Of a DNA stretch of 64,000 nt, positions 62,852 through 64,000 are shown piece after piece. The stretch spans positions 11,720,430-11,784,429 of the forward strand of contig NC_068982.1 in the NCBI RefSeq assembly GCF_001194135.2, read 5' to 3'. Origin of the DNA: Octopus bimaculoides. Taxonomy: Eukaryota. Positions within the stretch are counted from its first letter, which is position 1. Every line of letters begins with the position of its first letter. A model generated the notes under the pieces. It ran no database searches, was not told where the DNA came from, and saw only the letters and a list, made by a program, of their open reading frames with translations. The position numbers and the translations under genes are program-made.

Positions 62852-63076
62852 AGGCAGCAAGCTGGCAGAAATGTTAGCATGCTGGATGAAATGCTTAGCT
62901 GTATTTTGCCTGTCGCTAATTTCTGAGTCAAATTCTGCCAAGGTCGACTTTGCCTTTCATCCTTTCAGGGTTGATAAATTAAGTACTAGTTGAATACTGG
63001 GGTCGATGTAATTGACTCTCCCTGCTCCCCCAAATTTCAGGCCTTGTGCTTATAGTAAAAAGGATTATTATTATTA
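62851..63076 (+). mobile_element. SINE family B, full length, (ATT)n tail
   Basis: Head, core and tail. Confidence 0.9.
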
Positions 63077-64000
63077 AGTGAGAGAGCAATGCATGCCATC
63101 AAAGTGACATTAGGGTACAAATATATGAAATCCAATATGCCCAGTATGACTACCCGTCTGATAAGGGTACATCAGGCACATGCATCAAAACCATATGTGT
63201 CTGACGGGATGATCTCATATCAAGATGGGGTCCAGTTAGAATTTTCTTCAAGTTCAGTAGCCTATCCCACTCAAAAGGTCCCCGAATAAGTTTGTTTAAG
63301 CATGATGAACGAAACACCCATGTTTCCAAAGGTGAATTATCCAAACCCCAAAGAATTCCTCTCAACATATGGCTATGATGCTCTCCCACCACTTCTGCTC
63401 GTGATCAGAGATGCACATATCGTCAGCCACCAAGGGACATGCTCAACTGGTTAAGGTCAAACAACTGACAAGCAAATCTGTGATATTAAGCAGAATATTT
63501 GCTGTCTCCTCAAGCACAGCAGGTCACCCTACGATCCAAGGTACTTTTGAATGGGCTGGGGCTGGTTATGCGAAACTGGTGTAGGATAAAACTGTGAACT
63601 CACTTCACTTGACGGGTCTTCAGTCACAGCATATCTCCAGAGGTCTTGGTCTTTCGTCATTTCCTCTGTGAGGCCCAACGTTTGAAGGTCATGCTTGACC
63701 ACCTCATCCCTTGTCTTCCTGAGTCTACCTCTACTCCGGATTCCTTCAACTGTTTGGGAGTGGCACTTCTTCACGCATCTCTCCTCATCCATCTGTAGTA
63801 CATAACCATACCAGCGCAAACGTCTCTCTTGCACGCCGCATCCTATGCTTCTTATGTCCAACATTTCTCTCAGGGCGCTTACACTCTGTTGTGTGTGCAC
63901 ATTGACATTACACATCCAGCTAGCTTCATTTCTTTCGAGCTTACACATGTCCTCCGCTGTCACGGCCCATATTTCACTGCTGTGAAGCATGGCAGTTCGC
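63066..64000 (-). mobile_element. RTE-clade LINE 3' portion (ORF2 C-terminus 63529-63990 plus probable long 3'UTR with (AAT)n tail)
   Basis: MLHSSEIWA..KLERNEASW..RRLRWYGYVLQMDEERCVKK..RGRLRKT..DLQTLGL..DLWR matches the RTE post-RT signature (LYGSETW, RLRWFGHV.R, RGRP.KTW). Assigning 63066-63500 to the same element is inference. Confidence 0.8.

Overview
AT-rich, repeat-dense eukaryotic genomic DNA with 9 N-gaps, mostly at microsatellites. The repeat complement suggests a cephalopod genome, most likely Octopus (inference from memory of the repeat families, not a search). I cannot support any intact host protein-coding gene. Almost all listed ORFs are translations of microsatellites, SINEs or decayed LINEs, and only a few isolated candidate exons remain. 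The window holds about 14 copies of a long tRNA-headed SINE with an internal microsatellite (family A), about 10 copies of a short tRNA-headed SINE (family B), about 12 5'-truncated RTE-type LINE 3' ends with (GAT)n tails, several decayed LINE ORF2 remnants (RTE, RTEX-like, CR1/L2/Jockey-like), and piggyBac-like (TTAA), hAT (8-bp TSD), mariner (TA) and Helentron-like non-autonomous DNA elements, several of them nested. The most interesting signals are three hammerhead-ribozyme-like loci of the minimal Penelope/retrozyme type. One is a ~490-bp palindrome (15618-16109) of two head-to-head units, each a tRNA-like Pol III head plus a hammerhead. There is also a 42-bp VNTR built from the last codons of RTE ORF2, present at two loci.
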